Part shown: in pieces, positions 46,951 through 56,538 of the stretch
How the letters are laid out: each line of letters starts with the position of its first letter
How positions within the stretch are numbered: the stretch's first letter is position 1
Origin: Pseudomonadota bacterium
Lineage (GTDB): Bacteria; Desulfobacterota; Desulfobulbia; Desulfobulbales; JAGXFP01
Direction of reading: 5' to 3'
Assembly (NCBI GenBank): GCA_018823285.1
Contig: JAHJIQ010000014.1
Location: forward strand, 23,556-87,555
Length of the DNA stretch: 64,000 nt
Translations under genes and position numbers: made by a program
The notes under the pieces: model-generated
The model's input: only the letters and a program-made list of their open reading frames with translations
The model's database searches: none
What the model was told of the DNA's origin: nothing

Positions 46951-48210
46951 GTGATGAACATTCAGGAACAGATCAGGGATATGGCTGCCCGGGCCAGAAA
47001 GGCTTCAAGGCAGATGGCCTCTCTTTCAACCGCAGCGAAGAATCGATTGCTGATCAGAATGGCGGATTCTTTGCAGCAAAAGGCGGAATATATCCGTGCC
47101 GAAAACGAGAAGGATCTTGCCGCCGGCCGGGAGAAGGGGTTGAGCGCGGCCATGCTCGACCGTCTTGAACTCTCACCAAAGGTCATGAATTCGATGATCG
47201 GCGGTTTGCGTGAAGTTGCAGCGCTTCCCGATCCGGTGGGTGAGATCAGTGAGATGATCAAACGTCCGAACGGGATCATGGTAGGAAGAATGCGGATTCC
47301 TCTGGGCGTGGTGGGGATGATTTACGAGTCGCGGCCGAATGTGACGGTGGATGCCGCCTCCTTATGCCTCAAAGCGGGGAACAGTGTTTTTCTCCGGGGC
47401 GGCTCGGAAGCAATTCATTCAAATCTGGCCCTGGCCACGGTTCTGCGGGAGTGTCTGGCCGGGGAAGGGATCAACGGTGATGCGCTTCAGGTTGTGCCGG
47501 TGACCGACCGGGAAGCGATCAATACTCTTCTGCAGCTTGAGGAATATATCGATCTGATCATTCCCCGGGGCGGGGAGGGGCTGATCCGATTTGTCGCCGA
47601 GAATTCAAGAATCCCGGTTCTGAAGCATTACAAAGGGGTCTGCCATGCCTTTGTTGATCAGTCGGCCGAGCAGCGGATGGCGATCAATATTATCATGAAC
47701 GGCAAGGTGCAGAGACCAGGCGTCTGCAATGCGCTTGAGACCCTGCTGGTCCATCGGCGGATTGCCGGATCATTTCTGCCGGCGGTCGCCGCAGAGCTGC
47801 GAAAAAGTGGGGTCGAGCTGCGGGGCTGTCCGGAAACCTGCCGGATTCTTGGCGATTGTAAAGCGGCGGAAAAGAGCGACTGGGGGATGGAATTCCTTGA
47901 TCTCATTCTGGCGGTGAAAGTTGTTGACGATATCGACGGGGCGATGGAGCATATCGTCAGATACGGCTCCCAGCATACGGAGGTCATCATCACCAATGAT
48001 TACGCCAATTCCCAGAGGTTCCTGCGGGAAGTCGACGCCTCGGCGGTGATGGTCAATGCCTCGTCACGATTCAGCGACGGCGGTCAGTTCGGCCTCGGCA
48101 GTGAAATCGGGATCAGCACCACCAAGCTTCATGCCTATGGTCCGATGGGTCTGAAGGAACTGACCTCCCGTAAATTTATTGTGTATGGGGAAGGTCAGGT
48201 CCGAGAATAG
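46951..48210 (+). CDS. proA: Gamma-glutamyl phosphate reductase
   Basis: [14 protein letters not shown], the catalytic Cys block [11 protein letters not shown], and [12 protein letters not shown] 46951 or ATG 46954 after AGGAGAAG. Confidence 0.95.
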   Translation: MMNIQEQIRDMAARARKASRQMASLSTAAKNRLLIRMADSLQQKAEYIRAENEKDLAAGREKGLSAAMLDRLELSPKVMNSMIGGLREVAALPDPVGEISEMIKRPNGIMVGRMRIPLGVVGMIYESRPNVTVDAASLCLKAGNSVFLRGGSEAIHSNLALATVLRECLAGEGINGDALQVVPVTDREAINTLLQLEEYIDLIIPRGGEGLIRFVAENSRIPVLKHYKGVCHAFVDQSAEQRMAINIIMNGKVQRPGVCNALETLLVHRRIAGSFLPAVAAELRKSGVELRGCPETCRILGDCKAAEKSDWGMEFLDLILAVKVVDDIDGAMEHIVRYGSQHTEVIITNDYANSQRFLREVDASAVMVNASSRFSDGGQFGLGSEIGISTTKLHAYGPMGLKELTSRKFIVYGEGQVRE

Positions 48211-48252
48211 AGCTTTCCGATCCGGCACCATCATCTCCAATCCCGTTCATCA

Positions 48253-48939
48253 GTGGAGGGTCGCTTGATTTCAGCAGCAGAGTCAGAGCGCGGCGGAAGG
48301 ACAGGGGTACTGGGCGGGACCTTCGACCCGGTCCACCTCGGGCATCTTGCGGTGGCGGAACATGCTTTTGCCTCGCTTCAGCTCAACCGGGTGCTGTTCA
48401 TCCCTGCGGCAAGGCCTCCCCACAAACCTGATCTGAAAATCACCCCCTTTGTCCATCGGGCGGCCATGCTGGAACTGGCCCTGCAGGATCGGCCCGGTTT
48501 TGTCCTATCCACCATGGAGGAAAAGAGAAGCGGCCCTTCCTTTTCCGTTGATACCTTGCGAGAGCTGCGTTCTGTCCTCGGGGAAGCGGAAAAAATCTTT
48601 TTCCTGATCGGCATGGATGCCTTCGCCGAGATCGCGACCTGGAAAAATTATCGGCTCCTGCCGGAGTTGTGTGATCTGGTGGTGATCGACAGGCCCGATT
48701 TTCCGCTGGAGCTGATGAAAAAGACCGTTTCCCTGTTTGACCCCGACCCACCGGGGACTGCCGGCAGCCCTGGCAGGAATAGAGTTCGCGCGGGGGCGTT
48801 TCATGCCCTGGCGATGGAACCTGTGGACATTTCTTCGACCAGAATCCGGAAGACAGTTGGTGAGGGCGGGGCGGTGCGGGGTCTTGTCCCGCCGGGAGTT
48901 GCGGACTATATCGAGAAAAAAGGGCTGTACCGCGTATAG
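48253..48939 (+). CDS. nadD: Nicotinate-nucleotide adenylyltransferase
   Basis: GVLGGTFDPVHLGHL (the (H/T)xGH motif) and a C-terminal ISSTRIR. Confidence 0.9.
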   Translation: MEGRLISAAESERGGRTGVLGGTFDPVHLGHLAVAEHAFASLQLNRVLFIPAARPPHKPDLKITPFVHRAAMLELALQDRPGFVLSTMEEKRSGPSFSVDTLRELRSVLGEAEKIFFLIGMDAFAEIATWKNYRLLPELCDLVVIDRPDFPLELMKKTVSLFDPDPPGTAGSPGRNRVRAGAFHALAMEPVDISSTRIRKTVGEGGAVRGLVPPGVADYIEKKGLYRV

Positions 48940-48956
48940 ACCGGTCAGGTTTTCCC

Positions 48957-49721
48957 TTACAGAAAGCTGGCCAGAACGGTGGTGATGTTGTCGCGGCCGC
49001 CCATCTGGTTCGCTTCGTGGATCAGCTGCCTGCAGGTCTCTTCCAGGTTGCTGTTGGTCTGCAGGATATCAAGAATATCCTCGTCACCCAACATGCCGTT
49101 CAGGCCGTCCGAGCAGATCAGCAGTTTATCCCCGGATTCCAGTTCGAATTCATTGATATCCACCTCGACTCTGGTCCGGTAGCCGAGCGCCCTGGTGATC
49201 ATGTTCCTGATTCTCGATCGCTTGGCCTCATCGGCGGTGATCAGACCGTCTCGAATCTGTTCTTCAACCAGGGAATGATCGGTGGTGATCTGCTGGAGAT
49301 TCCCTGACCGGAGCAGGTAGGCGCGGCTGTCTCCGACGTGGGCGATTGTCACGCGCGGGGATTCGGGATCGGACCGCCAGGCCGCGACGATGGTGGTGCC
49401 CATTCCCTGCCATTCCTCGCGGCTGGTGGCAGTGTCGGAGATCACCTGGTTGGCGAGTATGATCGCCGAGTTCAAACGGTTCCCGGCACGGCTGTATCGG
49501 GAGTTGTACCCGGTAAGGTAGGGTTCGTCGGTGGTCATGGTCCGGCGGATATAATCGGTGATCAGGTCGATTGCCATTTTACTGGCCACTTCACCTGCGG
49601 CATGGCCACCCATGCCATCGGCCACCAGAAACAACCCCAGTTTCTTGTCGATCCCGTAGTTGTCTTCGTTCTTGGTGCGTTTCATGCCGACGTCGGTCAG
49701 TCCGCATACTTTGAAGTTCAA
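48957..49721 (-). CDS. PP2C-family Ser/Thr phosphatase
   Basis: GLTDVGMKRTKNEDN, VADGMGGHAAGE, LLICSDGL and GGRDNITTV. Confidence 0.9.
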   Translation of the reverse strand: MNFKVCGLTDVGMKRTKNEDNYGIDKKLGLFLVADGMGGHAAGEVASKMAIDLITDYIRRTMTTDEPYLTGYNSRYSRAGNRLNSAIILANQVISDTATSREEWQGMGTTIVAAWRSDPESPRVTIAHVGDSRAYLLRSGNLQQITTDHSLVEEQIRDGLITADEAKRSRIRNMITRALGYRTRVEVDINEFELESGDKLLICSDGLNGMLGDEDILDILQTNSNLEETCRQLIHEANQMGGRDNITTVLASFL

Positions 49722-49774
49722 GGGGCCAGCTCCTGGTGTACGATTTTAAAGTTGGTTCATCTCAATAAATGTTG

Positions 49775-52318
49775 TCAAATGTTTTCCAGGCATTGCTGGG
49801 CCTCAAGAACCACCGCCCCTGCGTTCTGGAAACGTTGCGCCCGGCTTCTGGCCATCAGCTTGTTGATCAGGGCCTCGCAACAGGGTGGGATGTCCTTGCG
49901 CAGGGTTTTAACCGGTGTAAATTTGGCGCTGGCAATATTGTGCATCAGGTTGCCGATGTTGTCGCTCTTGAAAGGTTTTTCGCCGGTAAACAGTTCGTAC
50001 ATGACCGATCCGAGAGAAAAAAGGTCTGACCTGCCGTCAAGTTTCTTGCCGAGGACCTGTTCCGGTGACATATAGTTCGGGGTGCCGAGAATAATGCCGG
50101 TCTGGGTGCTGTTGGATGTTGTCAGGCGGGCAATACCGAAATCGGTGACCTTGACATGGCCTTTTTCGGTCAGCATCACATTGGCGGGTTTGATATCGCG
50201 ATGGACAACCTTGTGTTTATGGGCGTAATCAAGGGCAAAGGCGACCCTGATGATGATGTTGAGGATCATTTTCGGCGGCAGCAGGTTGTCCTTGCGGCAA
50301 TGACGGGCCAGATCATGACCGTCGAGATATTCCATGGCCATGTATGTGGTGTCGTACTCTTCGCCGGCGTCATAGATGGTGACAATGTTGGGATGACTGA
50401 GTCGGCCGGCGGCCTCAGCTTCCCGGAAGAATCGTGCCTTGATGTCGGCCAGCTGCTCGGCATCAATATCGTCGTATCGTAGAGTCTTGATCGCCACCTT
50501 GCGATTGATTTTCGGGTCGCGGCCGAGATAGACCGTGCCGATCGCACCTTTGCCGATTTCCTTGATGATTTCATAGCGTCCGAGAGTAGGCTTGGTCTGG
50601 GTGTCCTGGAAGAGGATGTTGTTTTCGGCCCGCTGGCCTGGTGAAGGGCCGAGGAGCTTTGCTTCAGCCCTTTTCATTCGCCATATCCGATCATTGGCAT
50701 CTTTGAATTTGCCGCCTTTCAGCAGATATTCGTACACTGATATTGCCTTGTTGAACATCCGCTTCCTTTCGAAATCAAGGCCCAGGTTATAGAGGGCTTC
50801 CTTCACTGAAGGATCGTTCAGCGAGCACTTGCGGAAACTGTCGAAGGCCATGTCGAGCTGCCCCTGCCCCTGGAAGGACAGGCCGAGCATTTTGTTCATC
50901 TCGGTATGCTCATCCATCTTTTTACCGGGAGCGGCCAGGAACCTGTTCAGGAGCTGCAGCAGGAACCCGAGAATAACCACCACTGCATGGGGGACCACGT
51001 AGAACCACATTCCGTTGTTCAAGTACATGAAAAGGACACCGCCGAGCCAGGCCACCAGGAAGGAGCTGATAATGACAATCGCTATCGAGGCATTGAGCCT
51101 CTTGGTGATATTCAGCAGGATGACGCCGAAATAGAGGAGAACGACAACTTCCAGAAACCATCCCCAGCCCGGCCGGTAGATAAAACCGTTGTTGATGATG
51201 TTTTCCAGGGTATAGGCAGTGAGTTCCACCCCGGTCATTGCCTTGCCGACCGGAGTCCGGTAGGTGGGCGTGTACTGCGGATCGGTGATGCCGATCAGCA
51301 CCAGTTTGTTATCCAGAAGACCCTTGGCCATTTTCCCTTCTGCAACATCGGCAAAGGAATAACGGTTGATAATGAAGGGGTTGGTATCAAAATCGATGTA
51401 CATCTTGAAATCGTGGCCGGTGGGGATTTTTTTGCCTTCATAACGGAGGCCCCGGTAAATGTTTCTGCTGCCGGAGAGTTGAATGTCATCCATCCTTTTG
51501 TCGGCATAGGCAAGGGCCATCTGCAGTGCAAACGACGGAACCAGCCGGTCTTGATAATTGATCAGCAGCCGGTTGCTGCGGTAGAGCCCGTCACTGTCAG
51601 GCTGGAAATCAATGTGGCCGTGTCTTCCGGAAACTTTTGCCAGCGATGGATAGGTGAAATTTGCATCGGCGGGCGGCGCGTAATTCCGGTAGGCGAGATG
51701 CGGGTTCTGGAGGTTGGCCAGAAGATCTTTGGGGTTGGGGACCGCCAGTTCCTTTTGGAGCATGTTGCCGTAGAGCCATTCTGGGATCTCATGGGCGGCG
51801 CCGACCGGGGGAACCCATGAAAAAGAAAGGGGCAGGACGACATTCATTACCGGTTTGACAGCCTGATAGATAATGGTGTCCTGATCAATTTCAGTCGCGG
51901 CGTCCCGCAGCAGATTGTCAATTCTGCCTATAGTATTGCTGGTGCTGTATGCCGGTTCGCTCTTGAGTGTCTGCCGGATCTTTCTGATGGCCGAAAGACC
52001 CGGATTGACATCCTTTTCCTGATAAAGAATATTCAGTCCCACTGCCTTGGCTCCGGAATTTCCGGCCGATTTCACCATGTCGGCGATGACCGATCTGGGC
52101 CAGGGCCAGGGGCCGATGGATTCGATGCTTTTCCGGTCGATTTCAATGAGAACCACCGGACTTGGTGTCTCCCGCTGACGTAACGCCGTCATCAGGTCGT
52201 AGAGTTTGAGGTCGAAGAACTGCAGAGGGAAATACCCGGACAGCATCCCTGCCAGTATCGAAAACGAAAGCACCAGGCTTACCAGCCAGTTCGGCACTAT
52301 CAGTGGTCTTCCTTTCAT
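49775..52318 (-). CDS. CHASE2 sensor / multi-TM / TPR-like / Ser/Thr protein kinase
   Basis: N-terminal TM plus CHASE2 (IEIDRKSIESIGPWPWPRS), three or four TM helices mid-protein, a TPR-like stretch, and a C-terminal Hanks kinase (GKGAIGTVYLG, AIK, HRDIKPANVML, DFGIA, GTPNYMSPE). Confidence 0.9.
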   Translation of the reverse strand: MKGRPLIVPNWLVSLVLSFSILAGMLSGYFPLQFFDLKLYDLMTALRQRETPSPVVLIEIDRKSIESIGPWPWPRSVIADMVKSAGNSGAKAVGLNILYQEKDVNPGLSAIRKIRQTLKSEPAYSTSNTIGRIDNLLRDAATEIDQDTIIYQAVKPVMNVVLPLSFSWVPPVGAAHEIPEWLYGNMLQKELAVPNPKDLLANLQNPHLAYRNYAPPADANFTYPSLAKVSGRHGHIDFQPDSDGLYRSNRLLINYQDRLVPSFALQMALAYADKRMDDIQLSGSRNIYRGLRYEGKKIPTGHDFKMYIDFDTNPFIINRYSFADVAEGKMAKGLLDNKLVLIGITDPQYTPTYRTPVGKAMTGVELTAYTLENIINNGFIYRPGWGWFLEVVVLLYFGVILLNITKRLNASIAIVIISSFLVAWLGGVLFMYLNNGMWFYVVPHAVVVILGFLLQLLNRFLAAPGKKMDEHTEMNKMLGLSFQGQGQLDMAFDSFRKCSLNDPSVKEALYNLGLDFERKRMFNKAISVYEYLLKGGKFKDANDRIWRMKRAEAKLLGPSPGQRAENNILFQDTQTKPTLGRYEIIKEIGKGAIGTVYLGRDPKINRKVAIKTLRYDDIDAEQLADIKARFFREAEAAGRLSHPNIVTIYDAGEEYDTTYMAMEYLDGHDLARHCRKDNLLPPKMILNIIIRVAFALDYAHKHKVVHRDIKPANVMLTEKGHVKVTDFGIARLTTSNSTQTGIILGTPNYMSPEQVLGKKLDGRSDLFSLGSVMYELFTGEKPFKSDNIGNLMHNIASAKFTPVKTLRKDIPPCCEALINKLMARSRAQRFQNAGAVVLEAQQCLENI

Positions 52319-52485
52319 ATCCTGAATCTTCCTCGGGTAGCGGTTGAACAGGGGGTTGATCTATGGCCCGAGCGGATGAAATGCGTGTATGAACTCCCCA
52401 GCCCGGACAACTGGCAAAACATGTTACCATTACAAATAGTTTCAGGCAACAAAAGGCTGCTAAATGGTTGTATTGGATGATAATT

Positions 52486-52513
52486 TTGACAAATTACCAG
52501 GCAGTGATATAAT
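52486..52513 (+). promoter_or_regulatory. Consensus sigma-70 promoter for the outer-membrane protein gene
   Basis: Perfect TTGACA (52486-52491), a 16-nt spacer, then perfect TATAAT (52508-52513). It lies 64 nt upstream of the ATG at 52577. Confidence 0.65.
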
Positions 52514-52576
52514 CAGCAACGATGTAAAGAGAAGAGGATTCAGTACTATAAAGTAATTCTGTGATGGAGGTTCGGG

Positions 52577-53347
52577 ATGGGAAAAGTTGTCAGGATGTTG
52601 ATGGTTGCGGTGGTGGTTGTCGGGATGAGCGGTAACGCTTCCGCTCTTGGTCTTGAGATCTCGGCGGGGGGCTGGGCCCAGTCACCTGATGGCCAGCTGG
52701 CATATAAGTCTTTGGCGACAACCGACAGCCTCGATCTGGAAAACGATGCCAGGTACGATGAGGAAACCCAGGCGCTGGTCCGGGTGAAGATCGACATGCC
52801 CGCCGTTATCCCGAACATTTATCTGATGGCCTCCCCGATGGAATTTGAAGGAGCGGGTCAGAAGACCACCGCCTTTGATTTTGGCGATATTCAGTTTGAC
52901 GCCTCAATCCCGTTTACTTCAAGGATATCCCTGGACCATTATGACCTGGCGCTCTATTACGGTATTCCTTTGCTCGGCACGGCGAGCCTGAACACCCTGA
53001 ATATCGATCTGGGTATCAATGTCAGAATGATTGATATCGAGGCGGAAATCAATCAGCCGACCGTCGGTAAAAGGGAGAGCATCGATGAAACCCTCTACGT
53101 GCCGATGGCTTTTCTGGCGGTGCAGATCACCCCGATCGAGGAGTTGTCGATCGAGGCCGAAGCCAGAGGGGTCGGCTACAGCGGCAGTCATTACTATGAT
53201 TTTATCGGCAGGATAAAATATAAGTTCGCCGGGCCGGTGTTTGCGGCCGCCGGATATCGCCATGAAGAGATAGAGATTGACGAGAAGGATATCCGTGCCG
53301 AGGTTGATTTTTCCGGGCCCTTTGCCGAAGCTGGTTTTCAGTTTTAA
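52577..53347 (+). CDS. Outer-membrane beta-barrel protein (TIGR04219-like)
   Basis: Signal peptide ending NASA-LG, alternating-hydrophobicity strands, a GGW motif right after the cleavage site, and a C-terminal AGFQF. Confidence 0.6.
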   Translation: MGKVVRMLMVAVVVVGMSGNASALGLEISAGGWAQSPDGQLAYKSLATTDSLDLENDARYDEETQALVRVKIDMPAVIPNIYLMASPMEFEGAGQKTTAFDFGDIQFDASIPFTSRISLDHYDLALYYGIPLLGTASLNTLNIDLGINVRMIDIEAEINQPTVGKRESIDETLYVPMAFLAVQITPIEELSIEAEARGVGYSGSHYYDFIGRIKYKFAGPVFAAAGYRHEEIEIDEKDIRAEVDFSGPFAEAGFQF

Positions 53348-53403
53348 CGAGCTGTCCGGCAACACCGCTTTGCATGGGGGGCGGCTGTAATTTAATTTGA
53401 TTT

Positions 53404-53440
53404 AAGGGCGGAGCCGACCAGGCTGCCGCCCTTTTTTTTG
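53404..53440. terminator. Bidirectional rho-independent terminator between convergent genes
   Basis: GGGCGGAGCC-gacc-AGGCTGCCGCCC stem followed by T8 on the + strand. An A-rich tract on the other side serves the minus-strand cytochrome gene. Confidence 0.7.
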
Positions 53441-53448
53441 TGTAAACC

Positions 53449-53766
53449 CTATTTTCCGGAGAGGGACTCGATATACATCTTCAGTGAACGCATTTCCACG
53501 GACCGCCCATCAATTTTGCTGCCTTTGAGAGGGCCGACGACGCAGCGGTTGATCATTTCAGTAAGATTGGCTTTGGCGCCGGCTTTTTCAAGCCCCTCGC
53601 CACCCGGATGGCAGCTGTTGCAGCTTTTGGGATTGGTGGAACCGCCAAGGGCTGGATCATTGAAAAGCTTGCTTCCCTTTTCGACCGAAGACTCGCCGGC
53701 CGTTGCTGCGCCTGCCGCAATGAATATGCAGCCTGCAAGGATTGTACGGCAAAAGAGCTTATTCAT
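53449..53766 (-). CDS. Periplasmic monoheme c-type cytochrome
   Basis: A single CNSCH haem-binding motif and a signal peptide MNKLFCRTILAGCIFIAAGAATA. The second ATG (53766) is preferred because GGAGGA lies 5 nt upstream of it. Confidence 0.8.
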   Translation of the reverse strand: MNKLFCRTILAGCIFIAAGAATAGESSVEKGSKLFNDPALGGSTNPKSCNSCHPGGEGLEKAGAKANLTEMINRCVVGPLKGSKIDGRSVEMRSLKMYIESLSGK

Positions 53767-53948
53767 GTTGTCCTCCATTAAAATTGAGATTTGTTGTGCT
53801 TCATTAGATTGTTAAGGTATATGTTAGGTATTTGCAAGTGAAATAGGAGAGGAGCGGAAAATAAAAGTCCGACTGGGAGGTGGAGGGTTGTCCTGCTTGA
53901 GGGAATCAGGAAGGTTCTGCGGGCGGCTCCTCCTGCAGGGAACTGGTT

Positions 53949-54767
53949 TCAGATTTCGTCGCTGTCGATGTAGGCATAGGCGCTGTGCTTGTGGATCGAC
54001 TCGAAACTTTCAACCCCCACCGAGAACCAGGAGATGTCCGGGTGAGCCCCGGCTTCTTCGGCGACCCGCCGGACCACGTCTTCGACAAACATCGGATTTT
54101 CAAAGGCCTTCTCGGTCACGTATTTCTCATCCGGTCGTTTGAGCAGGGCGTAGACTTCGCACGAGGCGGTTTTTTCAACCAGGGTGATCAGGTCTTCAAC
54201 CCAGATAAATTTCCGGTAACGGATATTCAGGTTCACTTCGGCCCGCTGATTGTGGGCGCCATAGGCGCTGATCTCTTTTGAGCAGGGGCAGAGGGTGGTG
54301 ACCGGTACCCAGACGGAGATGACCAGGTCGTTGTTCTCCTCTCCGCCGCCGGTGAAACGGCAGCGATATTCCATGAGGCTCGGGGTGGCGGTTACCGGAG
54401 ATTTTTTTTCGATGAAATAGGGGAAGGTCATTTCCATCAGGGCCGATTCGGCGCCGAGTTCCTCCTTGATCTCTCCCAGTATTTCCGGAAAGATCGTCAC
54501 ATTGAGGTCGTCCTGATATTTATTGAGGATGGAGATGAAGGTGGTCACACAGTTTTCCCGGTTTGACCTGGGCATGTTGACCCGCAGTCTGATGGTGGAG
54601 ACGGTATCCTGGTGGCCGCCAGACTTCTGCCTGATCCTGACCGGGTAATTGATATCTTCGATGCCGACGCTCTTGAGTTTCATGCGGGCGACATTAACGT
54701 TTTTTTTCCAGGCTGTCCAGAGATCGCTGTGGTGTTCCTTTCCTGGAAGTTGACCGTAATAAATCAC
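53949..54767 (-). CDS. folE2: GTP cyclohydrolase FolE2 (type IB)
   Basis: VTTLCPCSKEISAYGAHNQRAEV, LLKRPDEKYVTEKAFENPMFVEDVVR and ESFESIHKHSAYA are the strong family blocks as I remember them for Bacillus FolE2. GTG start at 54767; an alternative ATG at 54683. Confidence 0.85.
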   Translation of the reverse strand: MIYYGQLPGKEHHSDLWTAWKKNVNVARMKLKSVGIEDINYPVRIRQKSGGHQDTVSTIRLRVNMPRSNRENCVTTFISILNKYQDDLNVTIFPEILGEIKEELGAESALMEMTFPYFIEKKSPVTATPSLMEYRCRFTGGGEENNDLVISVWVPVTTLCPCSKEISAYGAHNQRAEVNLNIRYRKFIWVEDLITLVEKTASCEVYALLKRPDEKYVTEKAFENPMFVEDVVRRVAEEAGAHPDISWFSVGVESFESIHKHSAYAYIDSDEI

Positions 54768-54873
54768 GGGGCACAGAGTTTGGTGGAAGGGGCAGGGTAA
54801 ATGTGGTAGATTTGTTTTTTTTCAAGTTCCCCGGTTTCGATTGAATCTTCTTGCCCGATGGGGTTTTGCATCT

Positions 54874-55284
54874 ATGGTTGCAGCCGATGAAGAGAAAAAG
54901 GTCCGGATTGACAAATGGTTGTGGGCGGCAAGGTTTTTCAAGACCCGCTCGCTGGCAACTCAGGCGGTTGCCGGTGGCAGGGTACATGTCAATGGCGAAA
55001 GGAGCAAGCCTTCGCGGTCGGTCATTATCGGTGACCGGCTGAAGATTACCCGGGGCGAAATCGAATATGACATTCTGGTCCTTGCCCTTGCCGAGCGGCG
55101 CGGTCCGGCCGCTGCCGCTCAGAAGCTTTACCAGGAAACAGCCGAGAGTCTTGCCGTGCGAGAGAGGCTGGCAGAAGAACGACGATTGCGGAAAGAGGCA
55201 GCCCCCGGGCCGATTTTTACCGGGCGTCCCGGCAAGAGAGACCGGAGGCTGATCCGTCGATTTATCAGGGGTGATGATGAATAA
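54874..55284 (+). CDS. hslR: Hsp15-like S4-domain RNA-binding protein
   Basis: VRIDKWLWAARFFKTRSLATQAVAGGRVHVNGERSKPS (S4 motif) and a basic C-terminal tail. ATG at 54874 preferred over the TTG at 54841. Confidence 0.8.
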   Translation: MVAADEEKKVRIDKWLWAARFFKTRSLATQAVAGGRVHVNGERSKPSRSVIIGDRLKITRGEIEYDILVLALAERRGPAAAAQKLYQETAESLAVRERLAEERRLRKEAAPGPIFTGRPGKRDRRLIRRFIRGDDE

Positions 55285-55326
55285 ATCTGTTTGTATAAAC
55301 GAAAGATTGAAGAAGGAGTTGCACGC

Positions 55327-55941
55327 ATGAGAAAGATTGAAAGAGCGTTGATCAGCCTGACCGACAAATCAGGGATTGAGGATTTTGCCCGTGAACTTGA
55401 GAAGATGGGGGTTGAGATCCTGTCAACCGGCGGGACTGCCAAAAAAATGAGGGACAGCGGGATCAAGGTGATGGATGTTTCCGAATTCACCGGCTTTCCG
55501 GAGATGCTTGACGGGCGGGTGAAGACTCTCCACCCGAAAGTTCATGGCGGCATTCTTGCCCAGAAGGAGAACCCGGATCATCTGGCGCAGATGGCGAAGC
55601 ACGGGATGAAACCGATCGACCTGGTGGCGGTCAATCTGTACGCCTTTGAAAAAACCGTGGCCGATCCAAATTGTAGCCTTGCCGACGCCATCGAAAATAT
55701 CGATATCGGCGGTCCGACCATGCTCCGCTCTTCGGCCAAGAATTTTCGCGATGTGACCGTTCTCGTCGACCCTGCCGATTATCCCCAGGTTTTAAAAGAG
55801 ATGAAGGCGACCGGCAATACCACCCTGAAAACCAGGTTCCGCCTTGCGGCCAAGGTCTTTGCCCTGACCAGCAGGTATGATACGACCATTTCCGCCTGGC
55901 TGGAAAAGGTCGATGTAGACAATAATCCGTACTTCAGGTAG
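55327..55941 (+). CDS. Stand-alone IMP cyclohydrolase domain (PurH N-terminal/MGS-like domain only)
   Basis: [60 protein letters not shown] and [16 protein letters not shown] match PurH residues ~1-200. The ORF stops at the domain boundary and purN starts 10 nt later. Confidence 0.85.
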   Translation: MRKIERALISLTDKSGIEDFARELEKMGVEILSTGGTAKKMRDSGIKVMDVSEFTGFPEMLDGRVKTLHPKVHGGILAQKENPDHLAQMAKHGMKPIDLVAVNLYAFEKTVADPNCSLADAIENIDIGGPTMLRSSAKNFRDVTVLVDPADYPQVLKEMKATGNTTLKTRFRLAAKVFALTSRYDTTISAWLEKVDVDNNPYFR

Positions 55942-55950
55942 GAGATCTTT

Positions 55951-56538
55951 ATGAAGATGGCGGTCCTGTTGTCCGGCAGCGGCCGGACCCTGGATAATTT
56001 CCACGAGCGGATAGTCTCGGGTACCATGCGGGGCAGTATCGAAGTGGTCATCTCCAACGTTGCCGGTGTGCTCGGCCTGGAGAAGGCCGAAAAATATGGT
56101 TACCCGGCGTATGTTGCTCCCACGAGTAAAGAGACCAACGAAATACTGGCGAAGTATGATGTCGACCTGATTCTCCTGGCGGGTTATCTCAAACTCTATA
56201 CCCCGCCGCAACATCTGAAACGCGCGGTCGTGAACATCCATCCGTCGCTCATACCCTCGTTCTGCGGGGACGGTTTTTACGGGATGCGGGTTCATCGGGC
56301 GGTCAAGGCGCGAGGGGTCAGGGTCAGCGGCTGCACCGTTCATTTTGCAAACGAGGTATACGATGAGGGGCCGATCATCGTCCAGCACTGTGTGCCGGTC
56401 TTTGCTGAGGACACCCCGGATGATGTTGCGGCCAGGGTTTTTGCGGCGGAATGTGAAGCGTACCCGGAAGCGATTAACCTGGTGTGCGAAAAAGGGGTGG
56501 ACTATTTCTGGTCCGGTGAAGGGAGGAGGCAAGGATGA
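55951..56538 (+). CDS. purN: Phosphoribosylglycinamide formyltransferase
   Basis: MAVLLSGSGRTL, NIHPSLIPSFCG and SGCTVHFANEVYDEGPII. Confidence 0.93.
   Translation: MKMAVLLSGSGRTLDNFHERIVSGTMRGSIEVVISNVAGVLGLEKAEKYGYPAYVAPTSKETNEILAKYDVDLILLAGYLKLYTPPQHLKRAVVNIHPSLIPSFCGDGFYGMRVHRAVKARGVRVSGCTVHFANEVYDEGPIIVQHCVPVFAEDTPDDVAARVFAAECEAYPEAINLVCEKGVDYFWSGEGRRQG

Noticed and set aside
50906-51820. 304-aa + strand ORF inside the CHASE2 kinase gene
   Set aside because: The opposite strand has CHASE2, TM and kinase motifs in one continuous frame. This ORF has no motifs or RBS.
53779-53948. Candidate promoter TTGCAA-17-TAACAA for the cytochrome c gene (minus strand)
   Set aside because: The -10 element matches only 3/6 positions, which is too weak to annotate without TSS data.
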